Positions 1-10,078 of a DNA stretch of 61,931 bases are shown one piece after another. Below the pieces are notes generated by a model. That model had not been told where the DNA came from and made no database searches. It saw nothing but the letters and a program-made list of their open reading frames with translations. Source of the DNA: a virus (lineage: Duplodnaviria; Caudoviricetes); the IMG/VR virus record IMGVR_UViG_3300008267_000131, positions 1-61,931 of that record, one strand, 5' to 3'. How positions within the stretch are numbered: the stretch's first letter is position 1; each line of letters starts with the position of its first letter. The position numbers and the translations under genes were made by a program.

Positions 1-1
1 C

Positions 2-3000
2 CATGCTCTCGGCCTCGTCATCAGTCAACTCATAAGACTTTAGGATTCTGTCAATAGCCTCCTTTGTTACTTCTTTAGCGTTTTCCGCAGACCATCTTTC
101 AGCAATTGCTTTGATATCTCTGCGAACACGGGCTCTGGTAGACTCTTCTTCTGAAGACTTATCAAGGCTATCGTATCTGTACGCTGCCTTCCAGCCGATT
201 GCTCCTTCACGAACAATTCGTTTAGTCAGTCCACCACCAGACTTCATGATTTCTCCAAAACCTTCGGCCGGACGAACAGTTCCTTCTACTATACCAGACT
301 CAACAAGTCCATCATAAGTGAGGTTGTCTGTTGCAGAGAACGCAAGACGCAAGAAGTATTGGTTGTCTATCTTGGTGAAGAGCTTTTCAAATGCCACTTG
401 TGCTTGTTTTGGCTTAAGTCCAGTCTTCTGGCCAAGATATACAAATGTAGCGTGTGTCTTATCGTCATACTTATCGCTATCTCTAAGTTCTAAGTATCCA
501 TTTCTAAATACTTCCGCATCCTCAGAACCAAGAAATGTGTCCTTATTATAGTTGTATGCAATATAAGCTGCGACCGTTGGCACCTGACCAATTGTTCCAG
601 TAATTGCACTAATAAACGACTTATTCTCAAGTCCTTGAGCTACTGATTGCCCCACAACAGGCATATAGTATTCAGCCCCAAGTATTAAAGCACTTTTTAA
701 GTTGTGTGGGTGCTTGTCTCCAAAAATTGGATTAATACTTTCTGCAATTTGCTGGGTAAGTCTAATAAATGGAGCAACTTCATATGGTATGCCCAGAACA
801 TATGCCTCTGGGGTTGCCGATTTAGTCCATCCCGTGACATATTCACCAGTGTTTTTGTCTTTCCAGCGACCCGTAAGGATGACCATATTTCTGTCCTTAG
901 TTTGAGGAGAGAAGTATTCAAGTGCGTGTGAGCGCTTTTCTCCGTTCTCATCAAACTCTTCATCAGGTTCGCCGATGAAGTTGTTGAATGCCATAATCGA
1001 AGCGTATCCAACTGCAAACTCAGTAATCTTAAGGAAAGACCATCCGTTTACAAGTCGCTCATCACTAGACACTTGACTTCCAAACAGCTTGTTCCCAGCG
1101 GCTGGAGAAAGATAGTAGATGCTCGTCTCAATCGCTCTTGTGGCGGCGTTGGTGTACGGCATGAACTTCTCGACTAGGTAAGACGCCTGGCCGCTGATAG
1201 CGTAGTCCATGTGTTGTCTAGCCTTGGCGGCAGCCAACGTAATGAGCTCATCCTCAGACAGCGACGGATTTGCCGCCTTTAGGTCTCTGTAGGTCTTCTC
1301 GAAAATCGCAAGTCTCGTGAGCTTCTCCGACTTCTCCTGAAGGAACAGCATTCCTTCTTTGAAGTACGTGAGAGCAAGCGATACTTTGTTTGCTGCGTCT
1401 CCAGAGCGTCGCTCGGTGATTGTTCTAGACACATTTCTGAATCCAAGCGGAGACTCTGAGATGAAGTCCATGGCATATCCACCCTTTTCAGCAAGCCTAG
1501 ATACACTTCTGTCACCAGCGAGTCTATTGACTACGATTGGGGCCGCATACTTAAGATAGTTGGCCATGCTGGTAGTCAAGGTATTTCCGAATGCATTAGT
1601 GAACGTGTTCACGAACAGGAAGTCACGGAATACGTTGACCACAGCAAACGCAGGGTTGACAATCGTGGCCGCAAGTTTCAACTGTGAAGAGCCTGTGGCG
1701 AAACCGATAAGTTCAAAGAACGTCTTGGATGCATCAGTTCCAGCTCCCCACGTCTCAAGACCTCTCCAGCTCTTGTAGAACTCCAAGTCTACACGCATTC
1801 TAACAATGTCATTGTTCTTGTTGTAGAACTCGATTACAGTGGTTCCGGGAGCCATCTTCGGCGGGTACTGAATCACACCAAAACGGTCACGCTTAACGGA
1901 ACCATCTTTGTTTGTCAGCGGCTGTTCGATAGATATAACCTTGTTTTCCGGGCTATTAGACACGTAGTCGTACAGCCTAGCGGTAAGCTCATTTCTGCGC
2001 ATCGTTCTTTCGTGCGACACGATTGTAGCAGCAAACAGCACAACTGGGTTGGTAACCATTGCATCTTCCGTTCCGGAGCCAAGCTTTTTAAGGCCATTAG
2101 ACGGATTCTGAGACAGCACTCCAAGCTCTGCCATAATCTCACGGTCAACGAGGCGCTGGAGCACAATTCTTGGGCTGTATCCGTAGTCCTTGAGGGCGTT
2201 GTAAACCGCCTCAGAAATGAGACCAGCCTCAAACTTTTCTTTAAGAATACGCTTGGTTTCCGCAAACATTTTATCTACTACGCCATTTGCGTAGGCAAAC
2301 AGCTCAGGATTGTCCTTCTTGCGTTGGTCAATATGCTGAACAGCCTGCTCGTAGGTCATTCCTCCCGGATTCTTGATTGGGTCTTCAAGTTCCTTGATTC
2401 TGGTGTCTGAGCCAGTAATAACCTTAACACGAGTGGCGAGCGAAGATGCTGCGTCTTCTGCCTGAATAAGAGACGCTCCGTAGACAGCAATGTCTGAAGA
2501 CAGCTGTGCTTGACGGGGAAGGTCTCCCGTGCGGATAGCTGCATCGAGTTGACGTTCAGCACGCTTAATGGCTGCACGCAAGTCCATACGCTCTTTTCTT
2601 GCCGCCTCAAGGTCAGTCTTGATTTCAGAAAGAGATGCGCCAGCAAGGGCATCTTCTTTTCTCTTGTACTGCTTGGCAAGCATTGCATCACGTCTGTCTT
2701 GAATCTCGATGATGGTGCGAGCGCTCAAAAGCTCCTCAACCTCATCCATTTCGACCTTGGACACATTCAAGACATTCTTTCCGAATGCCTCACGAGCCTT
2801 CTCTTCAGCCAGCTTAGATGCGTAGATAGACTTACCACCTTCAGTGCGGATGTATGCTTGAAGGAGTTCTGCCGGAGCTACGTTTTTAGCGTTCAGGTTC
2901 TTGTTGATGAAATCAAATACTCCAACCTTCTTGTCAAGAATGCCTTCTCTGAATCTTTTTGCTGCTGGTGATTTGCCAGCATCAAGGACTCTTGCCTGCT

Positions 3001-6000
3001 CCTTGCGGACGGTGTTGAACTTGTTGCTGAATTCAGTATTTGAAGGCTTGTATGCAGAAAAGCGAAGTGACTTAGACACCTTTACTTCTGCATTCTTAAG
3101 GTCTTCAGTAGCGTAATATATAGCGTCATCAAGTTCTACTTGGTAAGTAAGCCTATTAGCACTCTCTGCACGAGCTGTGACTTGAAGTCCTTTATATACA
3201 CGACCAACCAAGTAGTCCATGATTAAGTTGGCATCAACAGGTTGGCCGGAAGGTATAACAATGTCCATGTCTGTAAATACCTCAAACGGTGGCCTGTCAA
3301 GCCCGGTGTTTTCATATACCTTTTCGGCGAACATATTAATGAACTCGGTGAGATTCATGTCCTCGCCTTCTAACGTAATAGTAGTATTTTCGTCAGTCAA
3401 GTACATAGACTCAAGCTGTATCTCGGACAAAATGCCATCTGGAGTCACAGCTCCACCGCCAAGCTCTTCGATGAGCTTTTTGGGGATTTCAATTTCAAAT
3501 CCAGAAACAGGCGTAGTCTTATTAACGAACTTGTCTGACGGAGCAAATACAACGTCATTCGTGTTTTCGTTACCAAATACCATGTGCGATGCAACAGTTT
3601 TTACCGCATCGACAACCTCTTGGTTTGCGCCTTGAGACATGATAGCCACGGTATATAGACCGATTCCAGATTGATTCTGCCTACGGATTGCAGCAGTCAT
3701 TCTAGTCAGCTCTTCAGCAGATGGCTTTCCGTCCTTGCCTTTTGGAACATAGAAGAAGTTAACATCCTTAAGCACAAACTCTTGCGAGAACATGTTCTTG
3801 TTCACCGTCAAAAGTGCGACATTCGTAAATCCAGGATTAGACGAAAGTACGGGGCTACTATTCAAGATGTGTACTTGCTCAACTAGCGCCCTCGGAAGAA
3901 CGAGGTCAGCTGAAGAAGGTCCGGTCTTAGCAGATATTACATTGCCAGACATCAATTGGCTAAGTCTAACACCAGTAGAGCCAGCGCTCATAGGCTTGTA
4001 CGGTGCATACAACACCGGCACAGAACTAATGTCTGGATTGTTGTAGTCTTTAATGATATTGCCAAGAGTCTCTTCGCCAATCGGTGGCATAAATGAGAAC
4101 TTGTCACCATTCAACACAATACTTCCACCGTAAACACCCTCTCCAAGGATTTCTCCATACATCAGGTGAACTTGGATGTCGCCCTGAGATGGAGATGGGA
4201 TATCCATTGGGTGGTTATGCAGGATGAATACCTTATTGTTTGAAGGTCTAATACCACGCATCAACTCGAATCTAGCGCCAGCATCACTTACGGTATTGTA
4301 CATGCCGCTAGTAGTAGCACGATAGTCGACCAGTCGACCATTTGGGTCTACCTCGATAATCAATGAGTTCTCTTGAATCGTGCTTCTGAAGAAACTAAAT
4401 GTCTCTGCGATGTCTTGAATTGTCTTGAACTTAGAGCCAATACGTGGTGCCTTCTTGAGTTTAACGACACGTCCACGGCTGAGTCCAGCCTCTCCAGCGA
4501 ACACGTCGTCGGGAGTGACCCCCTTAAGCTCCATCGCAACATCTGGAGTTCCAGTAAGCAATGTGGCGGCAAGCATTTCCTCTGCCTCTGTAGCTGGGGC
4601 ATTTATTAGCGCCGCAGCCATAGACTTAGATATCTGCTTAGACGACTCAAATGTTGCGAACTCAACATCCTCTGGGTTTACGGCAACAATCCTTGCAAGC
4701 TGCGCAATCGGAGACATACCGTTTTTAGCGGCAATCTTGGATATTGCATTTACGGTAGACACAGGAGCTACCCCTTTTACCGGCTCAAGCTTAATGCTTG
4801 ATGACATGGCCTGCTGCAATGTGTTGACGAACAGAGCGTGAGCTGATTGAGCAATATCTATTCCGAGGGCAGCCTGCAACCCAACAAACATTCCGGTACT
4901 TATCTCTTGCGCTGAATTGTATGCATACTGCAAGAACTCAAACGAAAACGCACGGCCATCAAACGGAGATAGTCCAGTGTCCTGCTTGTAGGAAGATATC
5001 AGCGTATTGAATTCATTCAAGAACGCACTCTTGGTATCTTTTATCGCTCCAGCTAAAACCGATGCTATCTTAGACGCTTCACCCAGTTGGGCCTCGTACT
5101 TGAGGTTTTCAATGTCATCATATAGAATTTTTATTTCCTCCTCACTTAACCCTTCTGTGATTTTGTCATTGATGAAGTCACGAACAGGAGACAAGTCAGA
5201 TAGACGTGCCTCAAATGTTCCATTCTCATCAGTGATAATAACAAGCTCTTCTCCAATGATGTGCTTCGATGCAAGTATTGCAGCAGTAACGATGTTTCGC
5301 TCTAGGCTTGCACCGTTCATGTCTGTCATTACAATGGCAGAAAGGTTATCAGATATATCAGTTTTTGGTACAAGCTTGAACACCTCGTCTACCAATCCTC
5401 CAGCCACAAATGGACTGTAGCGGACGGCAAGACGAGCCTTAAGCTCTTCCTTCTGCTTGAAGTCTAAGAAGTTGTACGTGGCCATCTGGTCCGGAGTCAT
5501 CTGCACATTGGCCTTGTACATTACGTCGAACATAACAAGGTAGTCGTATGCATCTTTTCCGTACTGAGAAACAGCATAGAAGTATTGGTCATAAAGCTTT
5601 ATGGCTTTCTCGTCATCTTCTATTGTTCTTTGAATCTCTAGTTCAATACCGCCAGGATTGAGATTGTTCTTCTTTTCCAAGAAGGCTACGATTTGGCGGG
5701 CGGCCAAGGAAGCCCTTGTGTCAGACTCCACGACATCTTGAGCAAGAGAAAGGCCATCAAGCGAAGCTTTTGCTGCACTGTCGAGTTTATACTTAAGCGT
5801 CTTCCCTTTAAGTCCATCTTCAATTGAAGTTGGGACCTTGCCTTCTGCCGCAACAGTCTGGTTGGCTTGACGAATTTTCTTCTTTGTCGCTTCTAGCTTT
5901 TTGGCACGCTTAGCAGCCGCCTCAGCCTCACGCTGTAGAAGGTCCGTCTCCTCGTCAAGAATAGGCTGAATGGTCTCTGTCAAGTCTAATGACAGTGCAG

Positions 6001-9000
6001 CCATACGAGCCTTGACCTCCTCTTGGAAGTCAAGTTCACCGCTGTTGATGCGCTCTTGAAGCGCCTTAACTGCAGCATTAAATTTCTTGCGGTCAGTGTA
6101 CTTAGTCTCGATGAATACCTTTCTGCGGGGCTCACGCTCAGAAATGGTCATCGTGTTTGGATTAACCACTACGGCCACTTCCTTACCACGCTTACCTAAG
6201 TCCCGCAGCAGCTCTGCAATAACGAGGTCGCCGGGGCCCTGCATCTGGCCCTGCTCCGCAGTAACTTCAGGCTTGGCCTTTTGCTCTGTTACCTCGACGA
6301 CATTATCAAACTTCTCACGAAGCTGGTCTGCTACAGACTTTCTGCTTCCGGTCGGGAAGTTGCGGATGTAGTCTACTGTGAAGTCGCTTTCATTCCTAAA
6401 TGCATACCAACGAATGGTGCCATCCTCCATGTATGTGCCACGACGAAGGCGCTGAGGCTCGTATACTCTCCACTGCTTTCCGTCTTTCTTGACCTCAATA
6501 CGCTCGGTTACCTTTCTGCGTTTTGGAGCCTTAGTGGCGATTACATCCTTTAGACTTAGTTTGGTAGCACGCTCAATAAGCGCAGCAGTTTCTTCTTTAG
6601 CAGCACGGGCAGCAGCAGCAGCCAAATCCTTTTTAGTAGAAGCGCTTGGCTTTTTCTCTTGAGCCGATTTTTCTGTTTTTTGAGCCGATTCCTTTTCGGT
6701 AGCCACTGTAGCAGTAGCCCTTTCCAAGAACTCAATAGTGCCGACATTTGGGAACAGGCCGATTGCCGCCTTTGAGCCTTTTGCGTTGCCAATGGTGTTA
6801 CCATCTGCGTCTACTGCGGTCCACTGCTTCTTTTTGCCACGGCCAGTCTGTGATATGGTACCAAGGACATCACCATTAGACTTGTCTACGATGTTCCATT
6901 TGCCACGAATACCAGCATTTGCAGCGACTACTGAACGACCAGTAACCTCAGCCGGTGGGGCGGCCTTTCTTTCCCTCTTGGCCTTAGGCGTTTCTGCCGT
7001 GGGTTCAGGAGTAACTTCAGCAGGAGCTGCGGGAGCTGGAGCGGGCGCAGCCGGCGCTGGGGCAGGCGTTACTTCCGCTTTAGGTGCTTGAAGAACTCCA
7101 CCTGCCGGAGCCTCTTCTGGGCGTCCTTCTTCGACAGGGGCTTCGACAGGGGCTTGCCCTGCTTCGACACCACTTGGTACTTCTGTCCGACTTTCTTTAA
7201 CATCTCGGTTTATTGCATTAGATATGGTTTGTATTGATTCTTCTGAGAAGAAGTCTTGGTTTTCTACCTCCGCAATCGCATCGTTGGTGCTTACAGACTG
7301 GATGTTGTACATCTTGTCGGCAAGTCCGTTTAGTCCCATGTACTCAAATACACGTCCTACAGCACGACGAGCCGAAGGCGCATTGTTTGCGTTAATGCGA
7401 GCCTCAAATAGGTCGCCCATCATTTCAACGATAGACTCGACTTTTGCGTCTTGGTCTGGCATTATGGACTGAATAAAATCAGCCCATTGTCCATACGTCT
7501 TAATATCTCCAAGCTGAGCTTGCTGGTCCTCTGTAAGGCCAAAGCGAGTTGCCAAATCAGCAACAGCGCCCTTGGGCATCTCAACATCTTTTACCTCATT
7601 GTATACAGCAGTAAATCCTTCTGGGTCAGACTCCATCATGAATTCAACAAACGGGTGGCTGAATTCGTGGGCGTACACGTTGTTCACATATGCCGCAGTA
7701 TTTACAAATATCGTATTTGATTTTGCGTCAAAGAACATCGCCCCACGAGACGGACCAAACTGAGCCGTTTGAGACGGAGACATTACAACCTTAGTATCTG
7801 GTCCAGCAATCTGCGCCATACCCTTGGCTTGTTCAACCATTCTACGAACAGCAGAGCGTTGCTCGGGACTTGGGGCCTTGTAAAGTTTAGACAGGATATC
7901 GGTGTATGAAACTGTCTCTAGTTCACTAGCGGTGAACATTGGAGCCTGCTCGCCACGGGTGGTCTCTGGAATGGCCGCTCCAAATTGCTCAACCTGAGCC
8001 TCCATTTGCTCAACGATGTTGCGAACGTCGTCGTTAATCTTTTGAATTTCAGCATTCAAAGACGGCTTCAAGGTCTCGTCAACCTTTTCCATTTCAGTGC
8101 GCAGGTCGAGCTTTCTAGACAAGAGGTCAAACACCTTTCTGCGAGATTCAAGCTGATTGTATCGGTTCATGGTCCGAGACGGCATCATGTCGGCAACCAT
8201 TTTAGCCTTTGACAGGGCTTCAAGCTGTGCATTACCTTCTGCATCTGAAATCTTACCAGCAGCAATAGAGTTGTTGATTGCAGTCATCTGCTCTTGGAAG
8301 AGCTGAGGATTACGCACGGCCATCTCAAAATTGTAGAACTCGCCGTTTTCCATCATGTCGCCAAGTCGGTTGTCCTGAATTGCTCCAGTAACCATGCTGC
8401 GGCCACCAATGATAATAGCGCCCAAGCCCTCTTGAACACCAGCTTTGTTTACCTCATAGGCAATTTCTCCGATTCCAGTTGGATTGTCAAAAAGGTTTTT
8501 CTCTACTGATGCATCGTAGATTGACTTGATGCCAATGTCAGCAAGCTGTTGTGCTGCACCAGTCTCGTATTCTGCTGCAAAACCAGTTGCAGCACGAATG
8601 CCAAGATTAGCAGTGATGCTACGAGCCTCTGATGCAATAACACGCTCTAGCGCCGCTTTCGTTGGAGTTCCGGCCGGAAGGCGCTTGATAGCATTCAGCG
8701 CAATGTTTTTTACAACTGACTTGTTAGACAAAAGGTTTCTAAAACCAATACGCTCCAGTTGACCCATTACTAGGCCAGTGGTAGACTTCAGCAAAAGTTT
8801 GTGCTCCTCGGGCATTTCAGCCAACTCGGGGTCAGCTTCAAGCTCCTCAGCCATAAATCCATACATCTGGCCAGTCATTGCAACCATTCCCGGAGTAAGC
8901 ATTGCTGGGATGGACTGCATTGCGCCAACGTATGCGCCTCCAAGCCAGCTACTTCTGGACAGCTCTTCGGCATACTCTGGAGTAGACATCATTCCTCCAA

Positions 9001-10036
9001 CGGGAGTGATTCCAGTTAGCGACATGGCACGAAGGTGGTCTTTGTATCCCTGACGTGCGTTACTAAATCCTTCTGATACAGACTTTCTAGCTCCCGCTTC
9101 AAGGGCGGTAAGGTCTTCTGGGGTGTCCGCATTAGCGACAGCCTTTCTAGACAAGGCAACACCCTGCCCGCCTTGAATCATAGCCTCGAGGGCAAAGTCA
9201 GCAAAAATCTGGGCAGTGCCTAAAACAGCGTCACCGGCGCCTTTAACAAGCGAGTATAGACCAGCTCCAATGATGCTGCCATCATCAGATAGCGCTTCCT
9301 TAGGCGCCTTGGTTTGGGCTTGTCTGTAAATCTGGCTAGCGAGAGCAGCTTCATATTGCGTGGACTTTTCTGATACATCTCCAGATACTTCGTTGTATCT
9401 CAGTTTCTCAGAGTCTACAAACTTCATTTGAGCCTCGATGTTTTTGAACTTCTCGAGGTCTTCTTTATTAGAGAATGCGTATGTGTTGCCGCTGGTAGTT
9501 ACCGCACCACGTGATTGTGCATCTGCGATAAAATCATCAAGCGCTGTTTTTACTTGAGACTCTGTGGCGCTAATCTGCTGACCAAGAGTCTTTTGCATAT
9601 TGATTCCAGTCTCAAGATTAGTCTTGAGGGCTGAAACCTCTTCGGGAGATGCTACGGGCGTGACAAAACCACGGACCGCAGCCGATACAGCAGACGGGTC
9701 AGTGAACGAAGTAGATAGGCCATCTGAAGCGAATGCGCCAGAGAGCGGCAATTTTTTTTTTACTTCAACAGGCGTGAATCCAGTAGACATTGGGGCCGGT
9801 GCGGCAGGCGCCACAGGGACAGCGGGAGCTCCAGTTACGATTCTGTTGAACTTCTCAAAGTCTCCAATCATGCTCTCGCCTCCAAGACCTTTGTACACCG
9901 TTTGTACAAACGCAGGGTCACTTGCAAGAGTGCTCTTGAAATTATCAAGGCTAATTCCTTGAGAATTAAATCCACCTAGGGCTTCATAGATACCGTTTAG
10001 GTACTGTTCCCTGCTAAGTTTTTTAGGCTCGGGCAT
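2..10036 (-). CDS. Giant polyvalent virion/ejection protein, >3345 aa, runs off the left edge; zincin HExxH, JAB/RadC and LPD38-like regions
   Basis: Not in the ORF track because it has no stop in the window. Manual translation from ATG 10036 (MPEPKKLSREQYLNG...) stays open to base 2. In-frame motifs: HEFSH at 7655-7669, HNHPMDIPSPSQGD at 4178-4219, and NPAFAVVNVFRD / DYAISG..FMPYTNAA in the distal part. Last gene of the virion module. Confidence 0.88.
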   Translation of the reverse strand, partial: MPEPKKLSREQYLNGIYEALGGFNSQGISLDNFKSTLASDPAFVQTVYKGLGGESMIGDFEKFNRIVTGAPAVPVAPAAPAPMSTGFTPVEVKKKLPLSGAFASDGLSTSFTDPSAVSAAVRGFVTPVASPEEVSALKTNLETGINMQKTLGQQISATESQVKTALDDFIADAQSRGAVTTSGNTYAFSNKEDLEKFKNIEAQMKFVDSEKLRYNEVSGDVSEKSTQYEAALASQIYRQAQTKAPKEALSDDGSIIGAGLYSLVKGAGDAVLGTAQIFADFALEAMIQGGQGVALSRKAVANADTPEDLTALEAGARKSVSEGFSNARQGYKDHLRAMSLTGITPVGGMMSTPEYAEELSRSSWLGGAYVGAMQSIPAMLTPGMVAMTGQMYGFMAEELEADPELAEMPEEHKLLLKSTTGLVMGQLERIGFRNLLSNKSVVKNIALNAIKRLPAGTPTKAALERVIASEARSITANLGIRAATGFAAEYETGAAQQLADIGIKSIYDASVEKNLFDNPTGIGEIAYEVNKAGVQEGLGAIIIGGRSMVTGAIQDNRLGDMMENGEFYNFEMAVRNPQLFQEQMTAINNSIAAGKISDAEGNAQLEALSKAKMVADMMPSRTMNRYNQLESRRKVFDLLSRKLDLRTEMEKVDETLKPSLNAEIQKINDDVRNIVEQMEAQVEQFGAAIPETTRGEQAPMFTASELETVSYTDILSKLYKAPSPEQRSAVRRMVEQAKGMAQIAGPDTKVVMSPSQTAQFGPSRGAMFFDAKSNTIFVNTAAYVNNVYAHEFSHPFVEFMMESDPEGFTAVYNEVKDVEMPKGAVADLATRFGLTEDQQAQLGDIKTYGQWADFIQSIMPDQDAKVESIVEMMGDLFEARINANNAPSARRAVGRVFEYMGLNGLADKMYNIQSVSTNDAIAEVENQDFFSEESIQTISNAINRDVKESRTEVPSGVEAGQAPVEAPVEEGRPEEAPAGGVLQAPKAEVTPAPAPAAPAPAPAAPAEVTPEPTAETPKAKRERKAAPPAEVTGRSVVAANAGIRGKWNIVDKSNGDVLGTISQTGRGKKKQWTAVDADGNTIGNAKGSKAAIGLFPNVGTIEFLERATATVATEKESAQKTEKSAQEKKPSASTKKDLAAAAARAAKEETAALIERATKLSLKDVIATKAPKRRKVTERIEVKKDGKQWRVYEPQRLRRGTYMEDGTIRWYAFRNESDFTVDYIRNFPTGSRKSVADQLREKFDNVVEVTEQKAKPEVTAEQGQMQGPGDLVIAELLRDLGKRGKEVAVVVNPNTMTISEREPRRKVFIETKYTDRKKFNAAVKALQERINSGELDFQEEVKARMAALSLDLTETIQPILDEETDLLQREAEAAAKRAKKLEATKKKIRQANQTVAAEGKVPTSIEDGLKGKTLKYKLDSAAKASLDGLSLAQDVVESDTRASLAARQIVAFLEKKNNLNPGGIELEIQRTIEDDEKAIKLYDQYFYAVSQYGKDAYDYLVMFDVMYKANVQMTPDQMATYNFLDFKQKEELKARLAVRYSPFVAGGLVDEVFKLVPKTDISDNLSAIVMTDMNGASLERNIVTAAILASKHIIGEELVIITDENGTFEARLSDLSPVRDFINDKITEGLSEEEIKILYDDIENLKYEAQLGEASKIASVLAGAIKDTKSAFLNEFNTLISSYKQDTGLSPFDGRAFSFEFLQYAYNSAQEISTGMFVGLQAALGIDIAQSAHALFVNTLQQAMSSSIKLEPVKGVAPVSTVNAISKIAAKNGMSPIAQLARIVAVNPEDVEFATFESSKQISKSMAAALINAPATEAEEMLAATLLTGTPDVAMELKGVTPDDVFAGEAGLSRGRVVKLKKAPRIGSKFKTIQDIAETFSFFRSTIQENSLIIEVDPNGRLVDYRATTSGMYNTVSDAGARFELMRGIRPSNNKVFILHNHPMDIPSPSQGDIQVHLMYGEILGEGVYGGSIVLNGDKFSFMPPIGEETLGNIIKDYNNPDISSVPVLYAPYKPMSAGSTGVRLSQLMSGNVISAKTGPSSADLVLPRALVEQVHILNSSPVLSSNPGFTNVALLTVNKNMFSQEFVLKDVNFFYVPKGKDGKPSAEELTRMTAAIRRQNQSGIGLYTVAIMSQGANQEVVDAVKTVASHMVFGNENTNDVVFAPSDKFVNKTTPVSGFEIEIPKKLIEELGGGAVTPDGILSEIQLESMYLTDENTTITLEGEDMNLTEFINMFAEKVYENTGLDRPPFEVFTDMDIVIPSGQPVDANLIMDYLVGRVYKGLQVTARAESANRLTYQVELDDAIYYATEDLKNAEVKVSKSLRFSAYKPSNTEFSNKFNTVRKEQARVLDAGKSPAAKRFREGILDKKVGVFDFINKNLNAKNVAPAELLQAYIRTEGGKSIYASKLAEEKAREAFGKNVLNVSKVEMDEVEELLSARTIIEIQDRRDAMLAKQYKRKEDALAGASLSEIKTDLEAARKERMDLRAAIKRAERQLDAAIRTGDLPRQAQLSSDIAVYGASLIQAEDAASSLATRVKVITGSDTRIKELEDPIKNPGGMTYEQAVQHIDQRKKDNPELFAYANGVVDKMFAETKRILKEKFEAGLISEAVYNALKDYGYSPRIVLQRLVDREIMAELGVLSQNPSNGLKKLGSGTEDAMVTNPVVLFAATIVSHERTMRRNELTARLYDYVSNSPENKVISIEQPLTNKDGSVKRDRFGVIQYPPKMAPGTTVIEFYNKNNDIVRMRVDLEFYKSWRGLETWGAGTDASKTFFELIGFATGSSQLKLAATIVNPAFAVVNVFRDFLFVNTFTNAFGNTLTTSMANYLKYAAPIVVNRLAGDRSVSRLAEKGGYAMDFISESPLGFRNVSRTITERRSGDAANKVSLALTYFKEGMLFLQEKSEKLTRLAIFEKTYRDLKAANPSLSEDELITLAAAKARQHMDYAISGQASYLVEKFMPYTNAATRAIETSIYYLSPAAGNKLFGSQVSSDERLVNGWSFLKITEFAVGYASIMAFNNFIGEPDEEFDENGEKRSHALEYFSPQTKDRNMVILTGRWKDKNTGEYVTGWTKSATPEAYVLGIPYEVAPFIRLTQQIAESINPIFGDKHPHNLKSALILGAEYYMPVVGQSVAQGLENKSFISAITGTIGQVPTVAAYIAYNYNKDTFLGSEDAEVFRNGYLELRDSDKYDDKTHATFVYLGQKTGLKPKQAQVAFEKLFTKIDNQYFLRLAFSATDNLTYDGLVESGIVEGTVRPAEGFGEIMKSGGGLTKRIVREGAIGWKAAYRYDSLDKSSEEESTRARVRRDIKAIAERWSAENAKEVTKEAIDRILKSYELTDDEAESM

Positions 10037-10062
10037 GTCTCTTTATGTCTATTTTCAGAGCA

Positions 10063-10070
10063 TAAAGATA
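10063..10070 (-). promoter_or_regulatory. Bacteroidota-type -7 box variant (TATCTTTA) upstream of the giant gene
   Basis: One mismatch to TAnnTTTG, 26 nt upstream of ATG 10036. Confidence 0.5.
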
Positions 10071-10078
10071 CAAAATGT

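Noticed and set aside
111-9962. Many short track ORFs in the first 10 kb
   Set aside because: All are antisense or off-frame shadows of the single giant minus-strand ORF
2-10036. crAss-like virion RNA polymerase in the giant protein
   Set aside because: I saw no DxDxD-type catalytic motif in the translated part; the motifs found are zincin, JAB and LPD38-like
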